Shown here piece by piece: positions 31,801 through 41,759 of a DNA stretch of 64,000 nt. The notes below the pieces were generated by a model that made no database searches, was not told where the DNA came from, and saw nothing but the letters and a program-made list of their open reading frames with translations. Made by a program: the position numbers and the translations under genes. Positions within the stretch are counted from its first letter, which is position 1. The number at the start of each line of letters is the position of its first letter. This DNA comes from Prasinococcaceae sp. CCMP 1430 (lineage: Eukaryota > Plantae > Prasinodermophyta): the NCBI GenBank assembly GCA_013416795.1, contig RQSC01000026.1, forward strand, positions 383,586 through 447,585, read 5' to 3'.

Positions 31801-33737
31801 GAACGCCGTGCGCAAGGAAATGACGCGCCAATCTTGCTACCGCTCAGCAGCACCTGAGGATGGGTCACTAGCAGGCCCTGAGCGCTGTCGATGATCAGCA
31901 CCGCCTGGCCTTCTGGACCGCGTTCAACGCGTGGCGAAAGGACGTGCAGGCAATCCCCGGGCTCGAGCATCGCGGCCGACTCGGCAAAGGCATCGCGCAC
32001 GATGCACGTATAGCCCACCCGGCCAGGCTCATCTGGCCGCTCGCTGCGCGCGCTGTGCGATTTGTGCTCCTCGGTGGTGTGGTGTACTTCTAGCTGCAAG
32101 TCGACCTGGCCAGTGACGGCCATGCCAATCACCATGAAACGCTCAGGCACGGAGCTCGAGCTGTCGAATGGCGCAGGCGTCAGCGCGGCCCCTGCGATGC
32201 CCTCCTGCTGGCGCGCCAGCGGTACTTGCTGCGGTAACTGCTGCTGCTGCTGCTGCTTTGGCTGCACTTGGACGGCTGCCACCGCCGCGGCCTGTTGCTT
32301 TTGCAGACGCTCCGCCTCGATGTCCGCGAGCATCTGCGCGAGCAGGTCCTCGCTGTCCTCGAACGGATCCGCATTCCTGGCGGCATCTTTCGCCGGCGTG
32401 GCGCCACGCACGCGCTCGAGTCGCCCCAGCGGCGATGAACGCGGGCCGTTCCGGGCATGGGCGCCTCCTTGCAGCGGCAAGCGGTGTGCGGACGAGGGCG
32501 GTTGCGCTTGCAAGCGACCTCCTGGAGGGCCCGACGCGGGGCCCTGGCTCCTGATCTGTGCTCCGGCAGGCCGCGCGCACTGGTCCGCAGCACCCTCCGC
32601 ACAATGCAAGTGTGCCTGCCGCGCAGTTGGCGTTATCTGCGACATGGTGGCCATCGGCCCACCCGGCCGGTCGGCCGTGGCAGCGGCCTCCTCCGCGTGC
32701 TCGGGGATCGACGGGAGCGCGCGATGGCGGCCAGCGTCTGACCCAGCGTGGTCGCCGTCCCGGGGCTGCGCATCCGGGTGCGCTTGCACAGTGCCCCTGG
32801 GCGACGCCGGCGCCCTCTGCCGCCCCGGCGCGAGACCCTCCAAGCTTTGCCGCCTGTCCATCACGCCTTCGAGCTCCTCCAGCAGGTCGAGGACGTGCTT
32901 GCGCCGCTGTTGCTTGGGCTGCCCCGAGGCCCCGAGGCTGCTGCGGCCCCTGCCGCTGCGACGGCCCGCGCCGCCGCTGCTGCGCCTGCGTGCTTTTGTG
33001 GCGCTGCGCTTGCGGCCCGAGCGCAGCGTCGCAGCGTCTTCAACCGCCGCCAGCGCCTCCGTGAGCAGGTCGACGTCATTGCCCGCGCCTGAACCCCCAG
33101 CGCTGCCGCGCCTCAGCCGCTCATCGGGACTCCACGCGCGCCGGGCAGCTCGCTCCCCCGACGCCCCGTCTGCCTGCTGCTGCTGCTGCTGCTGCTGCCG
33201 ATCCGGCGCCTGAGGCGCATCGTCGCGTGGCGCCCCCTGTGTGAGAAAAGGCATGCTCGGCATGCGCACAGGCGTGTGCTGCGCCTGCGCGCTCGCGCCG
33301 GCGGGCGGGCGGCGTTTCTCGGTGACCTTGCGCAGCAGCGCGGTGACGTTGCGTCCCGATCCCCTGCGCGCCTCGTCCACGCGCGCGAACGGGACGCGCG
33401 GGTGCTCGGTGGGGGACGTGCACCACACGATGTCATCGGCCTGCTGCTCGAAAGCCGCCGCGCTCGCACGCGGCAGCGGCGCGCGGCGCTGCCGACGCGG
33501 CGGCGGCCGCTCGGGCGCCAGCCGCTGCTGGCTGTGCTGACTGTCGCTGGGATTGTGCGGGGCCTGCGAAGCGGGCTGGCCCCCTCCGGCACCGGACGCG
33601 CCGTTGGACCCGCCGCCCTGGGCGGCGCTGCCCCCACTGCTGGCGAAGGGCCCGCGGCCGGGACCTGGCTGCGCCTGCGCCTGCGCCGGCTGCACCGAAG
33701 GCGCCCCGCGACCCGAGTGCGCTTCCCGATGGCGCAT
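28863..33737 (-). CDS. DNA2: DNA replication helicase/nuclease Dna2 (intronless)
   Basis: Nuclease and Fe-S motifs FPCARR, GTMLHELFQ, LKGAIDAT, LEFKTG, HKAQVMLY, CKWC..C. SF1 helicase motifs GMPGTGKS, DEAGQ, VGDLNQLPP, QYRM, TVDRSQG, NVLLTRA. Confidence 0.97.
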   Translation of the reverse strand: MRHREAHSGRGAPSVQPAQAQAQPGPGRGPFASSGGSAAQGGGSNGASGAGGGQPASQAPHNPSDSQHSQQRLAPERPPPRRQRRAPLPRASAAAFEQQADDIVWCTSPTEHPRVPFARVDEARRGSGRNVTALLRKVTEKRRPPAGASAQAQHTPVRMPSMPFLTQGAPRDDAPQAPDRQQQQQQQQADGASGERAARRAWSPDERLRRGSAGGSGAGNDVDLLTEALAAVEDAATLRSGRKRSATKARRRSSGGAGRRSGRGRSSLGASGQPKQQRRKHVLDLLEELEGVMDRRQSLEGLAPGRQRAPASPRGTVQAHPDAQPRDGDHAGSDAGRHRALPSIPEHAEEAAATADRPGGPMATMSQITPTARQAHLHCAEGAADQCARPAGAQIRSQGPASGPPGGRLQAQPPSSAHRLPLQGGAHARNGPRSSPLGRLERVRGATPAKDAARNADPFEDSEDLLAQMLADIEAERLQKQQAAAVAAVQVQPKQQQQQQLPQQVPLARQQEGIAGAALTPAPFDSSSSVPERFMVIGMAVTGQVDLQLEVHHTTEEHKSHSARSERPDEPGRVGYTCIVRDAFAESAAMLEPGDCLHVLSPRVERGPEGQAVLIIDSAQGLLVTHPQVLLSGSKIGASFPCARRSVLQETVKYAEGDRTAALTGTMLHELFQGVIKEGVDAADLDMIALEATEIVMRNNEQLHAAGVSTADALGKMQEHYAPISDWAKTFLGPNKQHVPLDFNSRDENRFRLDRVVDIEESIHSARLGLKGAIDATLNGQVECAPSAMARSRAPQQPTTRDMVMPLEFKTGKPKDAEHKAQVMLYSLMLQDRYQTRDLPDGLLLYTKPAAMRGVRPARSDVVALMCRRNLLASKLRPGGALALPSMASSESNCKWCRSRPECMVAHAALENGGEQSSGVPGHYAQHAGHLVDDEKAFVRNWLRLIELEAVDVRPDKEGRSAASVAAEAITRAMPAWTMPPGPRSMAGLELVPPTESGNGRKGSDRMLGGSYVYSFRERQLAQPGAHASSDGAPASGGSGASEASNASAKARRCNLRDGDYVMVSAVPPHGPAVPMAAGLVKGGPTGVEITVALRRALVSAPGGPPREATEWRIDRQSNGPVGVPTMRGNVLRLAAPGGTPDGDTAQRLRELIIHGRPPRFADAKSFNVAMVAQQPWARGLNADQLNTVCHVMRTEEYALVQGMPGTGKSATIAACIRALAMAGKRVLLTCHTHSAVDNLLERLIDSDENAPVLRIGREEQVSGKVRPFTLASVSSDPAKLALKVTRARVVASTCLASAQDFFAHQRFDVCIVDEAGQLSLPIILGPLLLARRFVLVGDLNQLPPLVRSEAAREGGLGVSLFERLAKTQPQALVTLSLQYRMAEDIMYLSNSLVYDGRLRCGNESVASGMLDLQPLAPSSPARPEWVAAVADATKRVVFLDTSPLGAAAHERCKGDGNSGERFNPAEVSVVTSSLSALLAAGLRMTDAVVITPYRAQEECIAQRLAVCSAEADGGSDGVSAAEVITVDRSQGRDCPCVLVSFVRSNPDRRAKGLLSDWRRVNVLLTRAQRKLVLVGDANTLRAEPLAERLLQLCTAKGQVVPVTRLEASAASPAPAPGAQAQAL

Positions 33738-34166
33738 ATTCTACTCGCGCGAATTCCGGTCGTCCCTACTGCGCCCACTGCAAGAGACCCGGCCACCGCG
33801 AGGCTACCTGCTGGGTCAAGCATCCTGAGAAGCGGCCTGCGGCTCATCATACTGAAGACGTTTCTGAGCTCCCACCGGGGTTCGCGTTTTGAATGTCTCT
33901 CCTCTGCACCTGCTGCTCACCGGCCACACGCGACACCATCGCCCACCGCCTTTGCGTCCCCGCGCGCGCCCCTCTGCGCGAATTCGAGCGCGCTTCCGGC
34001 GGCAGGCGGGCGAGGCCGCAGTCCTCATCAAAACGCATCGGAATCACCCCCTCCTCTCCGGGAGAGAGCCCCGGGTCTTCTGCCGATCCGGCTGTTTGGC
34101 CTCGGATTCGGATTGAGGAAGCACGACCTCGGATGCGGGTTGTGGTTTGCACACCGGGGTTGTCGG

Positions 34167-37100
34167 ATGTGGGTACCAGGGTCGCCGGGCGATGCCGGAC
34201 GCGCGCGCGGCGTTCGAAGGCGGCGGCCTCGCCTGCGTTTCGCGCGCGCTGCGGCGGCAAACGCAAACGCGCGCGCGGGGTGGGCGGCTGACGCCGGGGC
34301 GCAGGGCGGCGGCGCGGGCGCGGCCGCTGCGGAGCCGCTCACGTGGCGTGACTTCGCCCTGCTCGCCGACGACCTCGAGTACGACGACGACGCCGACGGC
34401 GAGTGGCTCGCGGACGCCGATGGACGCGAGACGCCCGCGCCGTTCGGCGAGGCGAGCGATGACGCGGGGAGCAGCGGAGCTGGGCGCAGCGACGCCGCCG
34501 CAGAGGCGTCGGCGGCGCACGTGCGCCCGCGCGCCGATACCGGCCGCGATGAGCTTGAGGGCAGGGCCAGCGTCGACGCGGCGTACGAGGAGGAGGACGC
34601 CCACTCGACCGACGAGGAGACCGAGGCCGTGAGCACCATCGCAGCGACGAGCACCCGCGCCGGTGTGTCTGCGCTCGGAGGCGTGTCCGCATCCGTGGGC
34701 GGCGGGACGCGCACGCAGATGACGGGCGCGACAGGTGTGACCGACGCGGACGACCTCGAGGAGCACGCCGCAGAAAACAACGCCATCTCGCGCCGCACGC
34801 GCTCGCGATATCGCATCGACGACGATGATCTCGACCGAATCATCGCCAACCTACCTGCCGAGGCGGACGACCGTCGCTTCTCCTTCAGCGACGAGGACAA
34901 CTACGCATTCTTCGTGCAAGACTTGCTCACCGGCGAGGACGACTTCGGCGCACTCTTCGACGACAGTGATGATAGCGCGGATGATGAGGACTATATGGCC
35001 GACCTCGATGGCTTCGACTTTGGCGTGGCGCAGCCGCCCGCGGGCTTCCAGTACGACACGCGCACGCGGCGCCGAGCCTCGCAGCAGAACACGCCGCTGA
35101 AAGCACCCGAGGGCGGAGGCCAGGCACAGCAGCAGGGCGCGGGTGGCGCGGGCGGAAGCAGAGGAACGAGTGCCCAGCACCACACAAAGCGGCGCAGGCG
35201 AGCCAAGAGTCTGAGGTTCGGCCAGCTTGGGCCGCACCAGCGAGGAGCTTTCGTGCAGCAACAGTTCGAGGCGCCTGAACAGCAGGGCCAGGCGGGGGGT
35301 GCGCAGCAATACCCCCCGCTGTATGCCGTGCCTCCCTTTGTGCCGTATGGCTACCCACCGCAGATGCAGATGCAGATGAGACACACGCAAATGGTAGCCC
35401 CCGGGGGCGTGCATATGCAGCACATGCCACACATGCAGCAGATGCCGCCGGGCATGATGCAGCCCATGCCGCAGATGCCGCATGTTGCTTCTCCGGCGCT
35501 CGCGCCCATGCCAACACCCCTCGCTGCCATTCGGCCGTCGCCGACCAAGGCCGCATCGAGGCAGACGCCATCGTACGCGGGCGCCGCCAAGCTTTCATCG
35601 GGCGGGGGCGGCGAGGGCGGCACCGTTAGCGACAAGGGCGACCGATTCCCACCTGTCCCGACTGGCGAGCAGCAGCAGGTTCCTCTCATTCCGGATGGTG
35701 TGATCACCCAGAAACAGATCGGGCAGCTGTACTGCCAGATGAGCGAGCATGTGCAACTGCTGTGTCAGACAGCCGTGCTAGCCAGGCGCGCGCCCTCATG
35801 GGACAGCCATCCGCAGGTCTTCGATGCCTGCGTGGCGATGCTCAAAGAGGCGGTGGCAACTCGTGAGGCATCGGTGCAGGCGTGCAGGGAAATGGGCCAT
35901 AAACCTCAGGTGGCGTGTTTCAACGCGCTCAACACGACGTCCGCGACGACGATTGCTACCGTAACATCGGCGGCGGGCGAAGCGCATGAGCGAAGTGCGC
36001 CCAATGGCGAGGCGGTGGCGGTGGCTTGGTCTGCGCCGGTTGTTCCTCCGACGAAATGCTCGATCGATGTGCCCGTGCTAGAGCACGTCCCTCGGTTGCT
36101 TTCTCAGCTCGAACACGGTGTGCCGAACGGCGGGCTGCGCGACAACGTTTCGTCGACGATCCCTGGCAAGAGAGACATGCACCCGAGCAAGCGCTTGCGG
36201 TATCTTGTCGAAAAGTTAGCGGAACGCATTGAGAAGGAGGCACAGTCGCCCGAGGTGGCGCGGCTGGTGCGTGGGCGAAGCCACGCGGGCCCGAGCTCCG
36301 ATCCGGAACCCGAGCACTGCTGTGGCCTCGATGTCGACCAGCAACGCGCAGCGCAGCTGCTCGGAATGGCTCGCCAATGCGACCGAGATGCATTCGCGCC
36401 CTCACTGCCGTACTTCAACCCTCAGCTGCTGCAGCTGCCCAACCCGCTGCTTGCGGAGCGCGATTTCGGCGCCGCGTTCACGCCCGCGGACGACGTGTGC
36501 CTTCTAATGGCGGTCAAACGATGCGGCCCGACAGCGAAGGCTATCCAGGGGCGCATGCTGCCGAACAAGTCCCTGCTGCAGATCAAGGAACGCCTCAAGT
36601 ACCTGAGGAAGATACCCACCGACACCCAAATAAAGCGCCAGCTCGCACTCAGGTTGACGCCGCTCAGCGCAGAAGAAGTGGTTGTTGCGGAGGAGGGCGT
36701 GCGGCAGTACGGGGCAGACTGGGAGAGCATCTCGATTAATTTGATGCCTCATCGTGATCCGCAGAGCATCAAGCTGAAGTTTGGTGAGGCCGCCGCGTCT
36801 GGCGACATCTGTGCGGACGTGGCGGCCTGGGCCGGCGTCAAGTGCAAACCCCGCGTTGCGCGGGGGGTCGAAAAGCCGCCTACGGCCGCGGACGTGGCGG
36901 GCGAGCCCACGGTGACTATTCGAAACGCATTCCTCGAAGACGACGCCCAGGGCGCGGCCGGCTTCACACAGAAGGACGACGCGCCAAATCGCGCGCACAA
37001 GACGCACGCTACCCGCCCCGCGGCAGTGAAGACGCCTGCATCTCTTGAAGCCGCCACCAAGATAGTGAGGGCCCAGGCCACCGCATACCTACAGGAGGCT

Positions 37101-38507
37101 GTGGTCAACGTCGCACCCACGAAGCGCGCCCTCGCCAAGAGGAAAGCGCTTCCACCGCCACCTGCACCACGGCCATCAAAAGTGCCCACAAAACGCAAGC
37201 CTGCCGCGAAGCCGAAGCCTGCCGCGAAGCCGAAGCGCCAGCCGAAGCCTCCGCCGCCGCCCTCGGAGCGCCAGCTTCTGCTGGAGCGCCTGCGCGAGTT
37301 GTCCGAGGAACACTATCAACGCGCGAGGGCGAACAAGCGCTCCATCAGGGACCTCAAAGTGAAAATCGCGGCCTGCGAGATGGCCGCCATGGGGCCGAAG
37401 CCCAAGCCCGACAAAGAGATTGTGTTGCCGCCGGTCGTTCAGCCCATCGCGATGCAGCCCATCGCGATGGAGCCCAAACCCACGGACACGGAGGCAGTTG
37501 CCAGGGGCGGATTCGTGCTCGCTTTCGAGCAAATGGAGACGGAGGTGCTAGCCTCGAGCGACGACGAGAGGGATGGCGAGGGCACTGACCCCGCTGCAAC
37601 TGGCGGGGCCGCTGCCGCCGCAGGAGCCACCGCGCAAGCGGGGATTGCAGCAACTGTTCGCGGTAGCGCGCCCAGCGGCGGTGCCGGTGGGCAGTCTGCT
37701 GTTCCTGTAGCTACGACGCAAGGCCACTTGGATGCCGACAGAGAGTGCGAGGAGCTGTCCGACTCAGACGACGACTACAAGGTTGGTGAGAGTGACAAGG
37801 AGTCCGAGGAACTCTCGGATACATTTTTCAGCGAAGACGGCGCCGATGCCGCAGGCACCGAGACCGGCGAGGTGCAGCAGCGCGTCGGCACGCAGCCGCC
37901 GGCACACACCGAGCAAACGATCGCCCCACCCCCGAGTCAGCCGAGCCTGGATGTGCTGCGGGAGGAGCAGACCCACACGCCTGGAGGCGACTTGGGCGGA
38001 GATGGGCCCGATCAGGCGCGCTCGGTCGAGTTCGCCGCTCCAGAACATGCGGAGCGCGCGGAGCACGCGCGAGAGGGGCAACAAGAAGCGCCGACGGCGC
38101 GGGAGGAGGCCCCGGCGAAGCAGGGCGGACAGTCCTCAGATGTTCCGGGCGGTCCGCGCATGGCTCCAGTGCAGCCCGCAGCTGGCAATCAGCCTGAACC
38201 CCCCACTCTGGCGAAGAGCCAAGCCCAGGACGCGCCGCAGCCTGAGCCAGCCGAGGCAGCCGAGGCGCCCGCGGGCGCGGCAGCCCAGGCGCCCACGAAC
38301 GCGGCGTTCACGCGCGAGCTCGACCTGCAGATAGTTGATCGCGCCGGCGAGTGGCAGGCGTTGGCCGCCGTGTGCGGTTGCACGCCCGCAGCCGTGGAGG
38401 CGCGCTTCCGCTCGATCGCGCTGCGCATTCTGTCGCCCGAGGCCGCCGACAGCTTGGTCAGGACGCTGTCCCCGCCTCTGCTCCAGATCATTCGGGGGTT
38501 CATCTAG
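34167..38507 (+). CDS. DUO POLLEN 3 / GON4L-like transcriptional coregulator with SANT/Myb-like repeats
   Basis: AISRRTRSRY..DEDNYAFFVQDL and TQKQIGQLYCQMSEHVQLLCQ (GON4L/YY1AP/DUO3 blocks); FTPADDVCLL..LPNKSLLQIK..GVRQYGADWESI (SANT). The start codon is inferred. TGTAA at 38517. Confidence 0.75.
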   Translation: MWVPGSPGDAGRARGVRRRRPRLRFARAAAANANARAGWAADAGAQGGGAGAAAAEPLTWRDFALLADDLEYDDDADGEWLADADGRETPAPFGEASDDAGSSGAGRSDAAAEASAAHVRPRADTGRDELEGRASVDAAYEEEDAHSTDEETEAVSTIAATSTRAGVSALGGVSASVGGGTRTQMTGATGVTDADDLEEHAAENNAISRRTRSRYRIDDDDLDRIIANLPAEADDRRFSFSDEDNYAFFVQDLLTGEDDFGALFDDSDDSADDEDYMADLDGFDFGVAQPPAGFQYDTRTRRRASQQNTPLKAPEGGGQAQQQGAGGAGGSRGTSAQHHTKRRRRAKSLRFGQLGPHQRGAFVQQQFEAPEQQGQAGGAQQYPPLYAVPPFVPYGYPPQMQMQMRHTQMVAPGGVHMQHMPHMQQMPPGMMQPMPQMPHVASPALAPMPTPLAAIRPSPTKAASRQTPSYAGAAKLSSGGGGEGGTVSDKGDRFPPVPTGEQQQVPLIPDGVITQKQIGQLYCQMSEHVQLLCQTAVLARRAPSWDSHPQVFDACVAMLKEAVATREASVQACREMGHKPQVACFNALNTTSATTIATVTSAAGEAHERSAPNGEAVAVAWSAPVVPPTKCSIDVPVLEHVPRLLSQLEHGVPNGGLRDNVSSTIPGKRDMHPSKRLRYLVEKLAERIEKEAQSPEVARLVRGRSHAGPSSDPEPEHCCGLDVDQQRAAQLLGMARQCDRDAFAPSLPYFNPQLLQLPNPLLAERDFGAAFTPADDVCLLMAVKRCGPTAKAIQGRMLPNKSLLQIKERLKYLRKIPTDTQIKRQLALRLTPLSAEEVVVAEEGVRQYGADWESISINLMPHRDPQSIKLKFGEAAASGDICADVAAWAGVKCKPRVARGVEKPPTAADVAGEPTVTIRNAFLEDDAQGAAGFTQKDDAPNRAHKTHATRPAAVKTPASLEAATKIVRAQATAYLQEAVVNVAPTKRALAKRKALPPPPAPRPSKVPTKRKPAAKPKPAAKPKRQPKPPPPPSERQLLLERLRELSEEHYQRARANKRSIRDLKVKIAACEMAAMGPKPKPDKEIVLPPVVQPIAMQPIAMEPKPTDTEAVARGGFVLAFEQMETEVLASSDDERDGEGTDPAATGGAAAAAGATAQAGIAATVRGSAPSGGAGGQSAVPVATTQGHLDADRECEELSDSDDDYKVGESDKESEELSDTFFSEDGADAAGTETGEVQQRVGTQPPAHTEQTIAPPPSQPSLDVLREEQTHTPGGDLGGDGPDQARSVEFAAPEHAERAEHAREGQQEAPTAREEAPAKQGGQSSDVPGGPRMAPVQPAAGNQPEPPTLAKSQAQDAPQPEPAEAAEAPAGAAAQAPTNAAFTRELDLQIVDRAGEWQALAAVCGCTPAAVEARFRSIALRILSPEAADSLVRTLSPPLLQIIRGFI

Positions 38508-38516
38508 CTAGCTGGT

Positions 38517-38544
38517 TGTAATACTACTGTACGGTATGTTTACA
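38517..38544. terminator. Back-to-back TGTAA poly(A) signals of the convergent DUO3-like (+) and INSIG-like (-) genes
   Basis: TGTAA at 38517-38521 (+) and TTACA at 38540-38544. UGUAA is the established chlorophyte near-upstream element. Confidence 0.6.
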
Positions 38545-38565
38545 ACAAGGGCGCGCCGCTGGCGC

Positions 38566-39442
38566 TCACTCGCGCAGCTCCTTCCTGACGAGTCTGCCGA
38601 CTGCGCCAACGGCGGGCGCACCCGCGGCGTACACCCTACGCGCGCGCGCACGGCGACCACGCCGGTCAGCGCGGGCAGGCCGCGCCCATGCGCGCGCAGG
38701 CGAGCGCGCGCACTCACCAGCAAATCCAGCTCGGTGTGTTGGCGAAGCCCTCGTCGGGCCAGGTGTACGCGTAGAGTCCGCCGAGGTTGATGAGCGCGAC
38801 CTCGATGAGCGGTCCGCAGACGGCGGTGAGCGCAGCAAGGAAGAGGCCGCCGCGCGTGCGGTCGAACGCCAGCCAGAGCACCACCGCGAGCGTCGCGAGG
38901 GGCGCATCGACCGAAGCCGTGTGCGGCCCGCCGACGGCGGCAGCGCGCGCGGCGAGCTCGCCTGAGAGCCAATAGTCGGCACTGAAGGCCGCCACCGCCG
39001 CCACGACCACCGATGGGCTCGGGGAGGCCACCTCGTCGGGCACGCTGCCGTCAGCGTCGTCGAGCAGCGGGTGGCCGACGCCGAGGATGACGCCGGCGAC
39101 GCCGAAGAGCAGGGGCACCCACCAGCACGTCTCGAGCGTGTACGCGCCGACGCGAAGCAGCGACGGATGAGCGTAATGAAGGACTCCATGCGCAGAGTGC
39201 GTGCCGTCTAGGACAGGCCCCAGCGCCGCGCCCGCGGCGAAGCTCGCCACCACCTGCGGCACGGGCCTCACCTCCGGCAGCGGCGCGCCCCGCGGCTGCC
39301 GCGCGCCCGCGACTAGCCGCTCCTCCCATGACAGGCCCGCTCGCGATGCGCCTACCTGCCCGCCCACCCCGCACGCGAGCGCAGCCGAACCCAGCCTATC
39401 CGTTTCCCCGTGTATTGGACAGCGCCGCACATCACACCGCAT
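38566..39442 (-). CDS. INSIG-domain-like membrane protein, 2 exons
   Basis: Motifs LGPVLDGTH, WWVPLLFGVAG, WLAFDRTRGG, GPLIE, YAYTWPD..PSWICW|VY. Intron 38717-38636. The start is inferred. A minus-strand TGTAA is at 38540-38544. Confidence 0.7.
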
Positions 39443-39666
39443 GCGCCTCGAAGCGTGGTTGTTGTGGTTGTGTGTGTTTGAGGGGGTTCTTTCAATTTGT
39501 ACGGGGGACCATGCCGGAGTTAGGGGTGGTGGCGGTCGGAATTGCACTGAATCGGGTCAGATAATTAGGGTTTATTGTATACGTTGTTTGGAACGCGAGC
39601 GCGGCGCGGTTCGCGAAGGCTCCTCGCGGTCGGCGGCGGGGCATGCCAAAAAAGCTTTTACTCTAC

Positions 39667-40030
39667 CTAGGTAACAGGGGGGCCGTGCGCGCCGCCCGGT
39701 GTCTTGCGGTAGAACACGCCCAGCAAGCGCTGCAGCTCCTCGACCATGACGTTCCACAGGGCTAGGGCACGGGCAAAGACCTTCTTGATGTCATTAGACA
39801 CGAGGTCGTCCGGCAGGGCCGGGCGCCCACAAACCTGGCAAACCCAGCTCACCGCGCGTCTGCTTCTCTTCTTGGACTTTCTCTCCCTCGGCTTGTAGGG
39901 CGGCGGATCCGGCGCATCGTGGACGGCGGCGAGCAGAGCAACCTCCGCCCGGAACACGGCTTGCAGCCGTTTATAACGAAGGTGAGTGTGCGCGGCGTGG
40001 GGTTGTCGAAGGAAGTCACATCTATTTCGT
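39667..40030 (-). other. Coding-like ORF fragment without a nearby ATG (possible pseudogene, or mobile-element or viral remnant)
   Basis: About 120 open codons with strong G/C at third positions, a basic KPRERKSKKRSRR stretch and CQVC. No family recognised. Confidence 0.3.
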
Positions 40031-40339
40031 CGAAATGACCATTTCTTGGTATCGCGCGCCGCACAATTCGCCGAGGGCGGCGAATCGGACGGCCTCCGTC
40101 GCCCGGAAAAATCCCGGCATTTCTTCCCCGCGCGTTCGCGCGCCGCGCGTGCCGCGCGCACCCCCGGAACGACGGCGAAACGCGCATTTCGGGCGCTCCT
40201 TCCGCGGCGCGCGCGCGCCACGCGCGCCAGGGGCGGAACAGATTTGATTGCGCGTGGCGCGCGCGCGCCTGCGCGGCCCCAAAAAAAAGAAACGTCGGAA
40301 TATTTTTTGAGGTTGGGCCGCGGACTGCCCTCGGGGCGG

Positions 40340-41512
40340 ATGTGGGGAAGGCGTCGCCCTGCGGAACGCGCCGCGGAATGCGCGCGCAGATTTTTTGCGA
40401 ACGGACCCCGGATTTTGCGAGCGCGCGCGCGCGCGCGCGGGCGCCGCCACTGCGCGCGCGCCTGCTCGCGGCCGCTGCTGCGGCGGCGCGTGGGGGACAG
40501 GGGCGAGGGCGTGGGAGAGGAGGGCGAGGGCGGTCGCGCGGCGCAGCAGCGCGGTCGCCAACGCGCCCCCGAGGGCGGCTCCGACGCCGCGCTCGCGGGC
40601 GTGCTCGCGATGGCGAGCGACGACGAGCTCGACGAGCTTCTGCAGGTGCTCTTCGAGCCCTCGCTGCTGTCGCCCGTGCTCAAGAGCTCCGACGTCGCCA
40701 GCGCGCGGCGCGCGTACCACTCGCTCCCGACGCGCGCCGAGCGCGAGCTCTACCTCGAAGACCGGCTGTTGTACCTCGCAGCCGGCGCGCTCGGCTCGCT
40801 GGTGACCGGAGACAGGCCGACGTACGCCGACGCGCTGCGCGCGCTCGGGGATGCGCTCGGCGTGACATGCGACGCCGCCCTGCGGCCCGAAGAGCTCGAA
40901 GCGGACCTTTTGCTCCACCTCATGGAGGCCGGTGGCGGGCTGGATGCCCTCGGCGCACCGGCAGGTGGGCGCGCTGCCTTGCCCGTGGCGACAGCGGCGA
41001 GCGGAGAGCCCGCGCACGCGGCCATGACGAGTGTCGCAGAGGCGCTCGCCGGCGCGCACGCGGGAGCTCCCAGCGCGGCGTTTCCCCTGCACGTGCACGT
41101 GCGCGACCTCGCACCGGCGGCCGCGAAAGGCTGCGCGGCTGCTGCGGTGACTGTCGCTGCGAGCAGGGCGGCGTGCGTGGTCGCCGGTGACCTGTCGGTG
41201 GGCGCGGCGGGCGCGGCGGCCGCGAGGGCGGCCGCGGTGAGGTCACTGTCCGGGGCCGCCGCGGCGCGCTGCGTGGCCTCGGCAGCAGCGCCCGCGCTGT
41301 GGCTACTGTTCAGCGTGGACGCCGTGCGCGCGGCCGCTGGCGTGGATGTGGCACGTCTCACGCGCGCGGTCGCGCTGCTCGCTCAGATTCGTCTGTTGCA
41401 TGCGGGCGGCTGGGTGGCGGCGGGCGACACGCCGGGCTACGACTTCGGCGTGGGCGTCTTCGACACCATCGACACCACAGCTCCGCGCCCCACCGGCAGC
41501 ACTGCCTTCTAA
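40340..41512 (+). CDS. YaaW-family protein (cyanobacterial type), probably plastid-targeted
   Basis: ASDDELDELLQVLF, LEDRLLYLAA, TYADAL, ELEADLLLHL, PALWLLF, LLAQIRL match the cyanobacterial YaaW pattern. Homology extends upstream of Met 40610, which favours the ATG at 40340. TGTAA at 41740. Confidence 0.75.
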   Translation: MWGRRRPAERAAECARRFFANGPRILRARARARGRRHCARACSRPLLRRRVGDRGEGVGEEGEGGRAAQQRGRQRAPEGGSDAALAGVLAMASDDELDELLQVLFEPSLLSPVLKSSDVASARRAYHSLPTRAERELYLEDRLLYLAAGALGSLVTGDRPTYADALRALGDALGVTCDAALRPEELEADLLLHLMEAGGGLDALGAPAGGRAALPVATAASGEPAHAAMTSVAEALAGAHAGAPSAAFPLHVHVRDLAPAAAKGCAAAAVTVAASRAACVVAGDLSVGAAGAAAARAAAVRSLSGAAAARCVASAAAPALWLLFSVDAVRAAAGVDVARLTRAVALLAQIRLLHAGGWVAAGDTPGYDFGVGVFDTIDTTAPRPTGSTAF

Positions 41513-41759
41513 GGGGCGTGCGGTGGTGTGGCCAGCACGCACTCACGCACGCACTGCTACGTTGCTCGTTGCACGCACTTCCTCACTGGACGACTGTACC
41601 AAAGTCAATTGCTCTGTACTTCCCGAGAACTGTACCCGTGTACCTACTATACCACCCGAGTGGCCGCCTCGGTGCCGAGCATCGCGCACGCATCTCGGAC
41701 GTGCGCGTGCACCTGCATTCGCCCACGCCACCTCACTTATGTAAATTGATACACAGATA

